Below, piece after piece: positions 10,690 through 19,633 of a stretch of 52,952 nucleotides of DNA. The translations under genes and the position numbers were made by a program. The stretch's first letter is position 1; every line of letters starts with the position of its first letter. Location of the stretch: contig JAVKIP010000020.1 of assembly GCA_031459385.1 (NCBI GenBank), forward strand, positions 1 through 52,952, in the 5' to 3' direction. A model generated the notes under the pieces. It had not been told where the DNA came from, did no database searches, and saw only the letters and a list, made by a program, of their open reading frames with translations. Source of the stretch: Candidatus Fervidifonticultor secundus. Its GTDB lineage: Bacteria; Sysuimicrobiota; Sysuimicrobiia; Sysuimicrobiales; Humicultoraceae.

Positions 10690-11562
10690 ATGAGCACGAG
10701 GCTTGAGGGTCTGCAACGGCACCTCCCCGACATGGAGCAGGTCGCCGGGCGTCCACAGGTGCTCCTGGACGTGCCCATGCACTACTGTCCGGGGTGCACG
10801 CACGGCATCATTCACCGCCTCGTGGCCGAGGTGATCGACGAGTTCGGCCTGCAGGCGCGCACCGTCGGTGTGGCGTCGGTGGGCTGCTCGGTCTTCGCCT
10901 ACAACTACTTCGACCTCGACTTCCAGCAGGCGGCGCACGGCCGCGCGCCGGCCGTCGCCACCGGCATCAAGCGCGTGCGCCCCGACCTCGTGGTGTTCAC
11001 CTACCAGGGCGACGGCGACCTGGCGTCGATCGGCGCCGCCGAGATCGTCCACGCCGCGGCGCGCGGCGAGCGCCTCACCGTCATCTTCGTGAACAACGCC
11101 CTCTACGGCATGACGGGCGGACAGATGGCGCCCACGACGCCACCCGGCATGCGCACCACGACCACGCCGGACGGCCGGCAGGCCCGCGCGCACGGGTACC
11201 CGCTGCGGGTGACCGAGATGCTCGCCGGGCTCGATGGGGTCGCGTACGCTGCGCGGGTCGCCGTCACCAGCGTGGCGCACATCGCGCGGGCGAAGAAGGC
11301 GATCCGCGCCGCGTTCCAGGCGCAGCTCGACGACCGCGGGCTGGGCATCGTCGAGGTGCTCTCCACCTGCCCCGTGGGGTGGGGACTGGACCCCGTGGCC
11401 GCGCTGCGGTGGTGCGAGACGCACATGATCCCCGTCTTTCCCCTGGGCGTCTTCAAGGACACGTCGCGCCCGGCGGGGCGCGCGGAACCGGCGCGCACCG
11501 GCCCACCGGCGCGTCCTCAGCGCGTCGCGCCCGCGGCCGGCCCACGCGGCCCGGAGCCCTGA
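10690..11562 (+). CDS. 2-oxoacid:ferredoxin oxidoreductase beta subunit (TPP-binding)
   Basis: YCPGCTHG, VGC, HGRAPAVATG, QGDGD...NNALYGMTGGQ, STCP. Confidence 0.92.
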   Translation: MSTRLEGLQRHLPDMEQVAGRPQVLLDVPMHYCPGCTHGIIHRLVAEVIDEFGLQARTVGVASVGCSVFAYNYFDLDFQQAAHGRAPAVATGIKRVRPDLVVFTYQGDGDLASIGAAEIVHAAARGERLTVIFVNNALYGMTGGQMAPTTPPGMRTTTTPDGRQARAHGYPLRVTEMLAGLDGVAYAARVAVTSVAHIARAKKAIRAAFQAQLDDRGLGIVEVLSTCPVGWGLDPVAALRWCETHMIPVFPLGVFKDTSRPAGRAEPARTGPPARPQRVAPAAGPRGPEP

Positions 11563-11571
11563 GGGGCCGCC

Positions 11572-12120
11572 ATGGCCGCGCACCAGATCATCATCGCCGG
11601 CTTCGGGGGCCAGGGCGTGCTCTTCCTGGGCGAGGTCCTGGCCCGGGCGGCGCTGCACGAGGGACGCGAGGTGACCTGGCTGCCGGCTTACGGCCCCGAG
11701 CAGCGCGGCGGCACCGCCCACTGCACCGTGGTAATCGACGACGAGCCTATCGCATCGCCGGTGGTCGCCGATCCGACGGTCCTGATCGTCATGAACCGGC
11801 CGTCGCTGGACCGCTTCGAGGCCCAGGTACAGCCCGGCGGGGTCATCGTCTGCGACACCACCGTGACCGGGCGTCTGCCGGCGCGGCGTGACGTCACCGT
11901 GATCGGTGTGCCCGCGACAGCCATCGCCACCCACCTGGGGGTCCCGCGGGCGGCCAACATCGTGCTCCTGGGGGCACTCCTGGAGGTCCGGCCACCCTGC
12001 GGGCTCGATGCCATCCGGGCCGCGCTGGACGAGATGGTCCGCGATCCCCAGGCCCGGGCCGGCAACCTCGAGGCGCTGGAACGCGGCCGGCGCGAGGCAT
12101 CGGTCAGCTCCGCGCGTTGA
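11572..12120 (+). CDS. 2-oxoacid:ferredoxin oxidoreductase gamma subunit
   Basis: AGFGGQGV, PAYGPEQRGG, ANIVLLGA. Confidence 0.92.
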   Translation: MAAHQIIIAGFGGQGVLFLGEVLARAALHEGREVTWLPAYGPEQRGGTAHCTVVIDDEPIASPVVADPTVLIVMNRPSLDRFEAQVQPGGVIVCDTTVTGRLPARRDVTVIGVPATAIATHLGVPRAANIVLLGALLEVRPPCGLDAIRAALDEMVRDPQARAGNLEALERGRREASVSSAR

Positions 12121-12147
12121 GGCGACCCGCGGCCCGGCAGATGCAAC

Positions 12148-12182
12148 GGCCCGCGTTCGTCATGCACGCACGAACGCGGGCC
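12148..12182. terminator. Hairpin between convergent genes; probable terminator
   Basis: Perfect 13-bp inverted repeat GGCCCGCGTTCGT / ACGAACGCGGGCC with a 9-nt loop; only a weak U-tract. Confidence 0.6.
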
Positions 12183-12218
12183 TTCAGGCGGGCGTTGGCC
12201 ACCCGCCGCCCGGGGGGG

Positions 12219-12473
12219 TCAGGCGGCAGGCTTCTTGGCGACGCGAAACCGCTCCAGGAACTGCAGCAGCCTCGCCCCGTCGCGTTTGGCCTCCGCCCAC
12301 TCCTTCCTGTACGCGCGGGCCTGGAGGCGGGCCGCGTCCAGCGCCCGCCGGTGGTCGCGCACGGGCTGCGCGGCCGCGGCGCGCTCGCGCCGCAGGATCT
12401 CGCGGTGCTGCGCGAGCGTCCGCTCGGTCGTGCGGCGGATCTCGTGCATCATGCGCCGGTGCTCGGGAAGCAT
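12219..12473 (-). CDS. Small basic, probably helical hypothetical protein (about 84 aa)
   Basis: GGAGG RBS ahead of the ATG, GC-rich third positions, fills the gap between the terminator and acnA. Confidence 0.65.
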   Translation of the reverse strand: MLPEHRRMMHEIRRTTERTLAQHREILRRERAAAAQPVRDHRRALDAARLQARAYRKEWAEAKRDGARLLQFLERFRVAKKPAA

Positions 12474-12638
12474 GGCCCCCACCTCCGGGGCCCACGCTAC
12501 CCTGCCGTGTGCACGCGCCCCATCGGGCCCGGCACGGATTTTCGCGCTCGGGTCCAGACCTGATGCGGAATCAGGTCAGCGCTCTATTGACAAATGCGCG
12601 GAAGGCGTTCTCGCGGGTGGCCGCGGGACGCCAGCGAC

Positions 12639-15356
12639 TCAGTGCGCCCCGGGCCCGGCCAGAAGCCGCCGCAACACCATGGGCAGCACGCCGCCGTGCC
12701 GGTAGTACTCGACCTCCATCGGGCTGTCGATCCGCGCGATGGCCTGGAACGTCACCACCCGCCCGTCCCCGTGCGCGTGTACGGTCACGCGCTGGCCGGG
12801 GGTGAGGCCACCGGCCAGGCCCACGACATCGTAGCGCTCCTGCCCGCTCAACCCCAGGCTGTCGGCGCTCTGCCCCGGCTCGAACTGCAGCGGCAGCACG
12901 CCCATGCCCACCAGGTTGCTCCGGTGGATGCGCTCGTACGACTCGGCCAGGGTGGCGCGCACACCCTGCAGCATCGGCCCCTTCGCCGCCCAGTCGCGCG
13001 ACGATCCCGAGCCATACTCTTTCCCGGCGATCACGAGCAGCGGGACGCCCTCCTGGCGGTAGCGGACGACCGCGTCGTAGATCGTCATCAGGTCGCCGCT
13101 GGGGAAGTGCGTCGTCCAGCCGCCCTCCTGGCCGGGGGCCAGTCGGTTGCGCAGCCGGATGTTGGCGAAGGTACCGCGGATCATCACCTCGTGGTTGCCC
13201 CGCCGTGCCCCGTACGAGTTGAACTCGCTCCTGGCCACGCCGCGGTCCAGCAGGTACCGGCCCGCCGGGCTGTCGGCCGGAATGGAGCCCGCAGGCGAGA
13301 TGTGGTCGGTGGTGATGGAGTCGCCCAGAAGCACCAGCACCCGGGCACCCGTGATGTCCGCTGGCGGCGCGGGCTCCAGGCGCAGGTCGGTGAAGAAGGG
13401 CGGTTCCTGCACATAGGTCGAGGCCGGGTCCCAGGCGTAGAGCGCCCCCGTCGGCACCGGCAGCGTCCGCCAGGTCTCGTCCCCGGTGAACACGTCGCGG
13501 TAGCGCTCGACGAACAGGTCCGGGCTGACGGCCCGGGCCATCGTCTCCTGGACCTCGCGCGTCGATGGCCACAGGTCGCGCAGGTAGACGGGCTGGCCGT
13601 CGCGGTCGTGGCCCAGCGGCTCGCGCGTCAGGTCGATGTCCACCGTCCCCGCCAGCGCGTAGGCCACGACCAGCGGTGGGGAGGCCAGATAGGCGGCGCG
13701 CACCTGGGGGTGGATGCGCCCCTCGAAGTTCCGGTTGCCTGAGAGCACAGCCGCCACCACGAGATCGTGCGTCGCCACGGCCTGCGCGACCGGCTCGGGC
13801 AGCGGCCCGCTGTTCCCGATGCAGGTCGTGCACCCGTAGCCCACCAGGTGGAAGCCAAGCGCTTCCAGGGAGCGCAACAGCCCGGCCCGCTCCAGGTAGG
13901 CCGTCACCACCGCCGAGCCCGGCGCCAGGCTCGTCTTCACCGTCGGCGGCACCGTCAGGCCCCGCGCCACGGCCTTCTGCGCCAACAGGCCGGCCGCGAG
14001 CATCACGGCGGGGTTCGACGTATTGGTGCACGACGTGATCGCCGCGATCACCACCGATCCGTCGGTGAGCGTGGCTTCCCGCTCACCGACCTTCACCGGC
14101 ACCACGCGGGGCCGCTCGGCCACGGCGACACCGCCCGCGCCAGCGCCAGCGGGCAGGCGCTCGGCGAACGCCGCTGTGAAGCTGGCGCGCACCTGCGCCA
14201 GCGCCACGCGGTCCTGCGGCCGCCGTGGTCCGGCCAGCGAGGGCTCGAGGGTCGCCAGGTCGAGGGTCACCACCTGATCGAAGACGGGATCGGGCGCGTC
14301 GTCGTCGCGCCACAGCCCCTGCGCCTTCGCATACGCCTCGACCAGCGCCACCTGCGCCGGGGGACGGCCGGTCATCGTCAGATAGCGCAGCGTCTCGGCG
14401 TCGATGGGGAAGAGCGTGGCGGTCGCGCCGAACTCGGGCGACATGTTGGCAATCGTGGCCCGATCGGGCAGCGACAGGTGCCGCGTGCTGGCACCGAAGA
14501 ACTCCACGAACTTGTCCACCACACCCACCTGCCGCAGCATCTGCGTGACGGTCAACACGAGGTCGGTGGCCGTCACGCCCTCGGGCGGCGTGCCCACCAG
14601 CTGGAAGCCCACCATGGCCGGCCGCAGCAGGTAGAGGGGCTGGCCCAGCATCGCGGCCTCCGCCTCGATGCCCCCCACGCCCCACCCGAGCACGCCCAGG
14701 CCGTTGATCATCGTGGTGTGGGAGTCGGTGCCCACCAGCGTGTCCGGGAACGCCACCACCTCGCCGTCGGCGTCACGCGTACCGACCACAGACGCCAGGT
14801 ACTCGAGGTTCACCTGGTGCACGATCCCCGTGCCCGGCGGCACGACCCGGAAGTTCCAAAAGGCCTGCTGGGCCCACCGCAGCAGCGCATACCGCTCGCG
14901 GTTGCGCTCGTACTCTTTCTGGACGTTGTACATGAAGGCGCCCGCAGAGCCGAACATGTCCACCTGCACGGAGTGATCGATGACCAGATCGGTGGGCATC
15001 AGGGGATTGATCCGTTCCGGGTCGCCGCCCAGGCGCGCCATCGCCGACCGCATCGCGGCCAGGTCCACGACCGCCGGCACGCCGGTGAAGTCCTGCAGGA
15101 CTACGCGCGACGGGAGGAATGGGAACTCGCGGCCGTCGGGCTGCCCGGGGGCCCAGGCCGCCAGGGTCAGCACGTCCCGATCGGTGAACGGGGCCGTCCC
15201 ACAGTGGCGCAGGACGTTCTCCAGCAGGATCTTCACGGTCACGGGCAGCCGCTCCAGCGGCGTCGCCAGGCGGTCGCGCAGCGCGGCCAGCCGGACGTAG
15301 CTCACGGTCCGCCCGCCGGCTTCCAGGCGCGCGCGCGCCCCGAAGGGATCGTGCAT
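12639..15356 (-). CDS. acnA: Aconitate hydratase AcnA
   Basis: QDFTGVP, DHSVQVD, GIVHQVNLEYL, GTDSHT, AITSCTNTSNP, GYGCTTCIGNSG, SGNRNFEGR, GSGSSRDWAAKG; ATG chosen from GAGGAG spacing. Confidence 0.97.
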   Translation of the reverse strand: MHDPFGARARLEAGGRTVSYVRLAALRDRLATPLERLPVTVKILLENVLRHCGTAPFTDRDVLTLAAWAPGQPDGREFPFLPSRVVLQDFTGVPAVVDLAAMRSAMARLGGDPERINPLMPTDLVIDHSVQVDMFGSAGAFMYNVQKEYERNRERYALLRWAQQAFWNFRVVPPGTGIVHQVNLEYLASVVGTRDADGEVVAFPDTLVGTDSHTTMINGLGVLGWGVGGIEAEAAMLGQPLYLLRPAMVGFQLVGTPPEGVTATDLVLTVTQMLRQVGVVDKFVEFFGASTRHLSLPDRATIANMSPEFGATATLFPIDAETLRYLTMTGRPPAQVALVEAYAKAQGLWRDDDAPDPVFDQVVTLDLATLEPSLAGPRRPQDRVALAQVRASFTAAFAERLPAGAGAGGVAVAERPRVVPVKVGEREATLTDGSVVIAAITSCTNTSNPAVMLAAGLLAQKAVARGLTVPPTVKTSLAPGSAVVTAYLERAGLLRSLEALGFHLVGYGCTTCIGNSGPLPEPVAQAVATHDLVVAAVLSGNRNFEGRIHPQVRAAYLASPPLVVAYALAGTVDIDLTREPLGHDRDGQPVYLRDLWPSTREVQETMARAVSPDLFVERYRDVFTGDETWRTLPVPTGALYAWDPASTYVQEPPFFTDLRLEPAPPADITGARVLVLLGDSITTDHISPAGSIPADSPAGRYLLDRGVARSEFNSYGARRGNHEVMIRGTFANIRLRNRLAPGQEGGWTTHFPSGDLMTIYDAVVRYRQEGVPLLVIAGKEYGSGSSRDWAAKGPMLQGVRATLAESYERIHRSNLVGMGVLPLQFEPGQSADSLGLSGQERYDVVGLAGGLTPGQRVTVHAHGDGRVVTFQAIARIDSPMEVEYYRHGGVLPMVLRRLLAGPGAH

Positions 15357-15671
15357 CAGCGTCACTCCTCGTGTGCGGTCTGGGCCCGGCCTCGGGGCAC
15401 GAGACAGGGCGCCAGTTCATTGTGCCATGGCCGCCGGCACCACGCCAGGGCCGCGGGCCGCCGCCAGCGGGGTCTCGACTGTTCCCGGACGGCCGGCACG
15501 GCGCCGGCACCGCTGCGTACCGCCCGGCAGGTGGCCGCCGCAGCGCTGCGTTCCTGCCCGTCGGTCGCCCGCCTGCTGCGGCGCGGCGGCCGGCCGCAAT
15601 GGACGGAGATCGATTTTGCATCCGATGGACAGGCCGGGCCGCCTGGCGTATCGTAGCCTGAGGACCGCCCC

Positions 15672-16994
15672 ATGGGTGCTCCCCCTGGCCCTCCCGACCT
15701 CTCGCCGCCTCCCCGCCCCCGCGACGCCGCGGTCGTGGCAGCGGCCGTCGACGTGCTCGAAGCACCCGAGCGGCGGCGCGGCCTGGCGCGGGTCCTTCCT
15801 TTCCTGGGGCCAGCGTTCGTGGCCAGCGTCGCCTACGTCGATCCGGGCAACTTCGCCACGAACATCCAGGCCGGAGCGCAGTTCGGCTACCTGCTCCTGT
15901 GGGTCATCGTCGCCAGCAACCTGACGGCAATGCTGGTGCAGGCGCTCTCGGCCAAACTGGGCATCGCCACCGGCCGCAACCTGGCCGAGCTGTGCCGCGA
16001 CCGGTTCCCGCGGCCGGTCGTCTGGGCCATGTGGGTGGTGAGCGAGCTGGTGGCCATGGCCACCGACCTGGCCGAGTTCCTGGGTGCGGCTCTGGGCTTC
16101 TACCTGCTCTTCGGGATCCCGCTGCTGCCGGCGGCGCTCCTCACGGGCATCGTCACCCTGGCCATCCTGGCGATGGAACGTCAGGGATTCCGCTCGCTGG
16201 AAGCCGTCATCACCGCGTTCGTGGGGGTCATCGCGCTCGCCTATGTGGTGGAACTCGCCCTGGAGCGCCCGCAGTGGGCAGCCGTCGTCGCCCACGCCAC
16301 CGTGCCACGCTTCGCGGGCACCGAGAGCGTGCTGCTCGCCAGCGGCATCCTGGGCGCCACGGTCATGCCGCATGTGGTCTTCCTCCACTCGGCGCTCACC
16401 CAGCACCGCATCGTGCCCCGCGACCAGCGCCAGGCGGCGCGGCTGTTCCGGTTCGAGGTGACCGACGTGGTGCTGGCCATGGGCCTGGCGGGGGTCATCA
16501 ACGGCGCCATGCTCGTCATGGCGGCGGCCACCTTCCACGCCCGCGGGCTGGTGGACATCGCCAGCATCGAGGAAGCCCACCGGACGCTGGCACCGCTGCT
16601 GGGCGAGGCCTCGAGTGCCGTCTTCGCCGTCGCGCTGCTGGCCTCGGGCCTCTCGTCGTCCACCGTGGGCACGATGGCCGGCCAGGTGATCATGCAGGGC
16701 TTCCTCCACCGGCAGATCCCCATCTGGGTGCGCCGCGTGGTCACCATGGCCCCCGCTATCGTCGTCATCGGCATCGGGCTGGACCCCACGCGCACGCTGG
16801 TCATCAGCCAGGTGGTGCTCTCCTTCGGGCTCCCCTTTGCCCTGGTCCCCCTGGCGCTGTTCACCAGCCGGCGCGACCTGATGGGCGCCCTGGTCAACCG
16901 CCGCAGCACCACCGTCGTGACGGCGGTGCTGGTGGCACTGATCATCCTGCTCAACCTGTTCCTGCTGGCCCGCGTCCTGGGGGGCATGGCGTGA
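15672..16994 (+). CDS. mntH: NRAMP-family divalent metal (Mn2+/Fe2+) transporter MntH
   Basis: AYVDPGN, ATDLAEFLG, GATVMPH, SSSTVGTMAGQ, SQVVLSFG. Confidence 0.95.
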   Translation: MGAPPGPPDLSPPPRPRDAAVVAAAVDVLEAPERRRGLARVLPFLGPAFVASVAYVDPGNFATNIQAGAQFGYLLLWVIVASNLTAMLVQALSAKLGIATGRNLAELCRDRFPRPVVWAMWVVSELVAMATDLAEFLGAALGFYLLFGIPLLPAALLTGIVTLAILAMERQGFRSLEAVITAFVGVIALAYVVELALERPQWAAVVAHATVPRFAGTESVLLASGILGATVMPHVVFLHSALTQHRIVPRDQRQAARLFRFEVTDVVLAMGLAGVINGAMLVMAAATFHARGLVDIASIEEAHRTLAPLLGEASSAVFAVALLASGLSSSTVGTMAGQVIMQGFLHRQIPIWVRRVVTMAPAIVVIGIGLDPTRTLVISQVVLSFGLPFALVPLALFTSRRDLMGALVNRRSTTVVTAVLVALIILLNLFLLARVLGGMA

Positions 16995-17914
16995 GGTTTG
17001 CGCACCTGCTGGTGCCGCTGGACGGATCGCGCCTGGCCGAGTCGGCGCTGCCGGCGGCGCTGGCGCTGGCACGGTGGCTCGGCGCGCGGGTGACGCTGCT
17101 CCACGTCCTGGAGCCGGCGGCGCCCGCCAGCGTGCACGGCGACCTGCACCTGCGCGCACGGGAAGAAGCGCTGGCCTACCTGGCGACCCATGCCCGCTGG
17201 CTGGCCGCGCAGGGCGTATCGGCGCAGGTCCACGTGGACGTGGCGGGCGCGCACGCGGCGCCGCCGGGCGCGGACGTGGCGGCCAGCATCGCGGCCGAAG
17301 CCGCGGTGCAGGCAGCCGACCTGATCGTGCTGTGCACCCACGGCAGCGGCGGCCTGCGCGGCCTGCTCTTCGGGCGCGTCGCCCAGCAGGTCCTTGCGCG
17401 CGGCCGGGTGCCGGTGCTCCTCGTGCGCCCCCACCCGGCGGGGCGCGAGCATCCTTTTCCCTGCCGGCGGGTGCTGGTGGCGCTGGACGGGAGCGACGTG
17501 GCGGAGGGCGCGCTCCCGCCGGCCGCCACCCTCGCCCGCGCGGCCGGCGCGTCGCTGCTCCTGGTCTGGGTCGTCCCGACGGCCACCACGGTTCCGGGCG
17601 ACCGGGGCGTCGCCGCCCGCCTGATGCCCTCGGCGGCCGCTGCGCTGCTCGACGATGAGGCCGATCAGGCCAGCGCGTATCTCGCGCGGCTGGTGGCGCG
17701 GCTGCGCATCGAGGGACTCGACGCGCATGCGCGGGTGGAGCGCGGGGACCCGGTGCCGTCGCTGGTGGCCGCGGCCACGCGCGAAGGCGCCGACCTGATC
17801 GTCATGACGACGCACGGCCGCTCCGGACTGGCCGCCGTGTGGGCCGGGAGCGTCGCGTCGCGGCTCGTCACACAGAGCCCGCTGCCCGTGCTGCTGCTCA
17901 GGACCCCATTCTGA
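16991..17914 (+). CDS. Tandem two-domain universal stress protein
   Basis: Two USP repeats (LLVPLDGS...ADLIVLCTHG; VLVALDGS...ADLIVMTTHGRSG..GSVA); GTGA overlap with mntH. Confidence 0.9.
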   Translation: MRFAHLLVPLDGSRLAESALPAALALARWLGARVTLLHVLEPAAPASVHGDLHLRAREEALAYLATHARWLAAQGVSAQVHVDVAGAHAAPPGADVAASIAAEAAVQAADLIVLCTHGSGGLRGLLFGRVAQQVLARGRVPVLLVRPHPAGREHPFPCRRVLVALDGSDVAEGALPPAATLARAAGASLLLVWVVPTATTVPGDRGVAARLMPSAAAALLDDEADQASAYLARLVARLRIEGLDAHARVERGDPVPSLVAAATREGADLIVMTTHGRSGLAAVWAGSVASRLVTQSPLPVLLLRTPF

Positions 17915-19172
17915 GCGCGGCGCGCATCCACGAGACCGCCATCAACAGGCTGAACGCGCCCGCGCCCACGCAGAACAGCACCGCGCCGGCCAGCGCCGCC
18001 TGCGGCACCCGCAGCAGCACGCCAGCCGCGAGGGCCACCCCGCCCGCGGCGCTGCAGTAGAAGGGCAGGCGGCCCTCGCGCGGGTAGTAGGGCGCCGGCA
18101 ACCGCGGGACCTCCAGGGCGCTCAGTCCCCGGGCGTAGCGGTAGAACCACATCAGGAAAGGTGTGACCTTGTAGAGCTGGCCCATGATGGCCATCGTCAC
18201 CCATCCCAGCAGGAGCAGTACGCCGGCCGTCGCGGCCAGCCGGGAGGAGGCGACGGGCATCCACCCGAGTGCCCATGCCAGGCCGCCGATCGCCAGCAGC
18301 ACGGTCTGCGCCAGGATCACCCACCAGTGCTGGATCGTGAGGTCCGGTTTGGCTCCCCGCGTGGCCTGCAGCCACGTCCACAGGTCCACGGCATAGACGC
18401 CACCGGTAGCGGCCAGCAACGCCACGCCCAGGCGCGCGGCTGCGCCCCACCGCCACAGGGCGGCCACCACCAGGACGGCGATGCCGGCATTGAGCAGTCC
18501 GAGCACCGCCGGCAGCCGGCCCTGCGCCAGCGGGCGCACCCCGACAAAGCGCGGCAGCAGGTAGTACGAGACGCTCACCACGAGCTGCACCAGCCACCCG
18601 ACCAGGCCGAGCACCACGTGCGTCCCGATCCCGGCCACGGTCAGCAGGTGCAGCCAGAAGGGCCACCGCCAGTTCACGACCATCAGGGCGCCCCAGGTCG
18701 CCGTCAGCACCAGCGCACCGACGCTCGCGGCCACACCGGCGACCGGCAGCGGCCACCGCCGCCGTCGCGGCGCCAGGCGCGCGAGCAGCCAGGCGAAGAG
18801 CACGACGCCGGCCCACGTGACGAGGCCGCCGGCCACCAGCACACCGCGCCATCGCGCCACAAACCCCGCGGTGAGCAGCCCCAGGCCCACCAGCGTCACG
18901 CCGAACTGCACGAGCGCAGGGCGCCCCGGCCTGGCCGGGACCCCGAGCATGGCGGGGGTGAGCTGGTGTAGCGCGCCCATGGCCACCAGCGTGGCCCAGC
19001 CCACGGTGACTAGGTGGTTGGTGGCCAGCACGGGCCAGGCGCGCACGTTCCCGGCGGCCAGCGGCGCGGCCGCGAAGACGGCGCCGGCACCTGCGACCGG
19101 CAGCAGCAACAGCGCGGTCACCATGAAAGGCACCGCCGGCGTGTACCCGGGCAGCGCGGCGAGGCGGTTCAC
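17898..19172 (-). CDS. Polytopic membrane protein with intramembrane His residues (heme-copper oxidase subunit I / NnrS-like family, function unknown)
   Basis: About 12 hydrophobic segments; NHLVTVGW..MGALHQLTP, THVVLGLVGW, GQLYKVTPFLMW; start overlaps the upstream stop. Confidence 0.7.
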   Translation of the reverse strand: MNRLAALPGYTPAVPFMVTALLLLPVAGAGAVFAAAPLAAGNVRAWPVLATNHLVTVGWATLVAMGALHQLTPAMLGVPARPGRPALVQFGVTLVGLGLLTAGFVARWRGVLVAGGLVTWAGVVLFAWLLARLAPRRRRWPLPVAGVAASVGALVLTATWGALMVVNWRWPFWLHLLTVAGIGTHVVLGLVGWLVQLVVSVSYYLLPRFVGVRPLAQGRLPAVLGLLNAGIAVLVVAALWRWGAAARLGVALLAATGGVYAVDLWTWLQATRGAKPDLTIQHWWVILAQTVLLAIGGLAWALGWMPVASSRLAATAGVLLLLGWVTMAIMGQLYKVTPFLMWFYRYARGLSALEVPRLPAPYYPREGRLPFYCSAAGGVALAAGVLLRVPQAALAGAVLFCVGAGAFSLLMAVSWMRAALRMGS

Positions 19173-19603
19173 CGGGTCCGACGCCGCCTGAACTGCTCGA
19201 GGGCGAAGCGGTCGCAGGCCGTCTCGGCGTACCCCTTCCGGCCCAGGACTTCCCGCAGGTAGTAGTGGTGGTACTCGTGGCAGTAGAGGAAGCGGATCAC
19301 GTCCCGCCGGGTGGCGAACCGCACGGTGCGGTAGGACCAGCGGAAGGCGAAGGCGTCGCGCCCGGCGCGGCCGCGCAGCCGCCGGGCGCGGTAGGCGATG
19401 CGCACCCGGAACGGCCGGAACGGCTCGGGCACCTGGATGACGATCACGCGGTGAGTGAAGTCGCACAGCCCCTGAAGGTGCGGGCGCGTCCGGTAGCGGA
19501 GCGGCTTGACCACCAGCCGGTACCCGCGCGCCTGCGGCAGGTCGCCCAGCAGAACCCGCAGGCGCGCGGGCGGGTACTCCCGAAGGGTCGAGTGGATCCG
19601 CAT
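19169..19603 (-). CDS. Small HExxH zinc-metallopeptidase-like protein
   Basis: FLYCHEYHH followed by AETACDRFA, similar to the E-x-x-A-N/D-x-F-A helix of ImmA/IrrE-type zincins. Confidence 0.65.
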   Translation of the reverse strand: MRIHSTLREYPPARLRVLLGDLPQARGYRLVVKPLRYRTRPHLQGLCDFTHRVIVIQVPEPFRPFRVRIAYRARRLRGRAGRDAFAFRWSYRTVRFATRRDVIRFLYCHEYHHYYLREVLGRKGYAETACDRFALEQFRRRRTR

Positions 19604-19633
19604 GCGCTGCCGGTGCCGGTGGCCTCGGAGGGG

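Noticed and set aside
13767..15656. Long + strand ORFs antisense to acnA (and similar antisense ORFs across the window)
   Set aside because: Antisense mirror frames stay open because of GC3 bias; no RBS or family motifs
15600..15671. MntR/DtxR box or Mn riboswitch upstream of mntH
   Set aside because: An AT-rich patch is present, but there is no convincing palindrome and no yybP-ykoY signature
17898..17914. 17-bp convergent overlap of the USP and membrane protein 3' ends
   Set aside because: Short convergent overlaps are common in compact GC-rich genomes; no further signal
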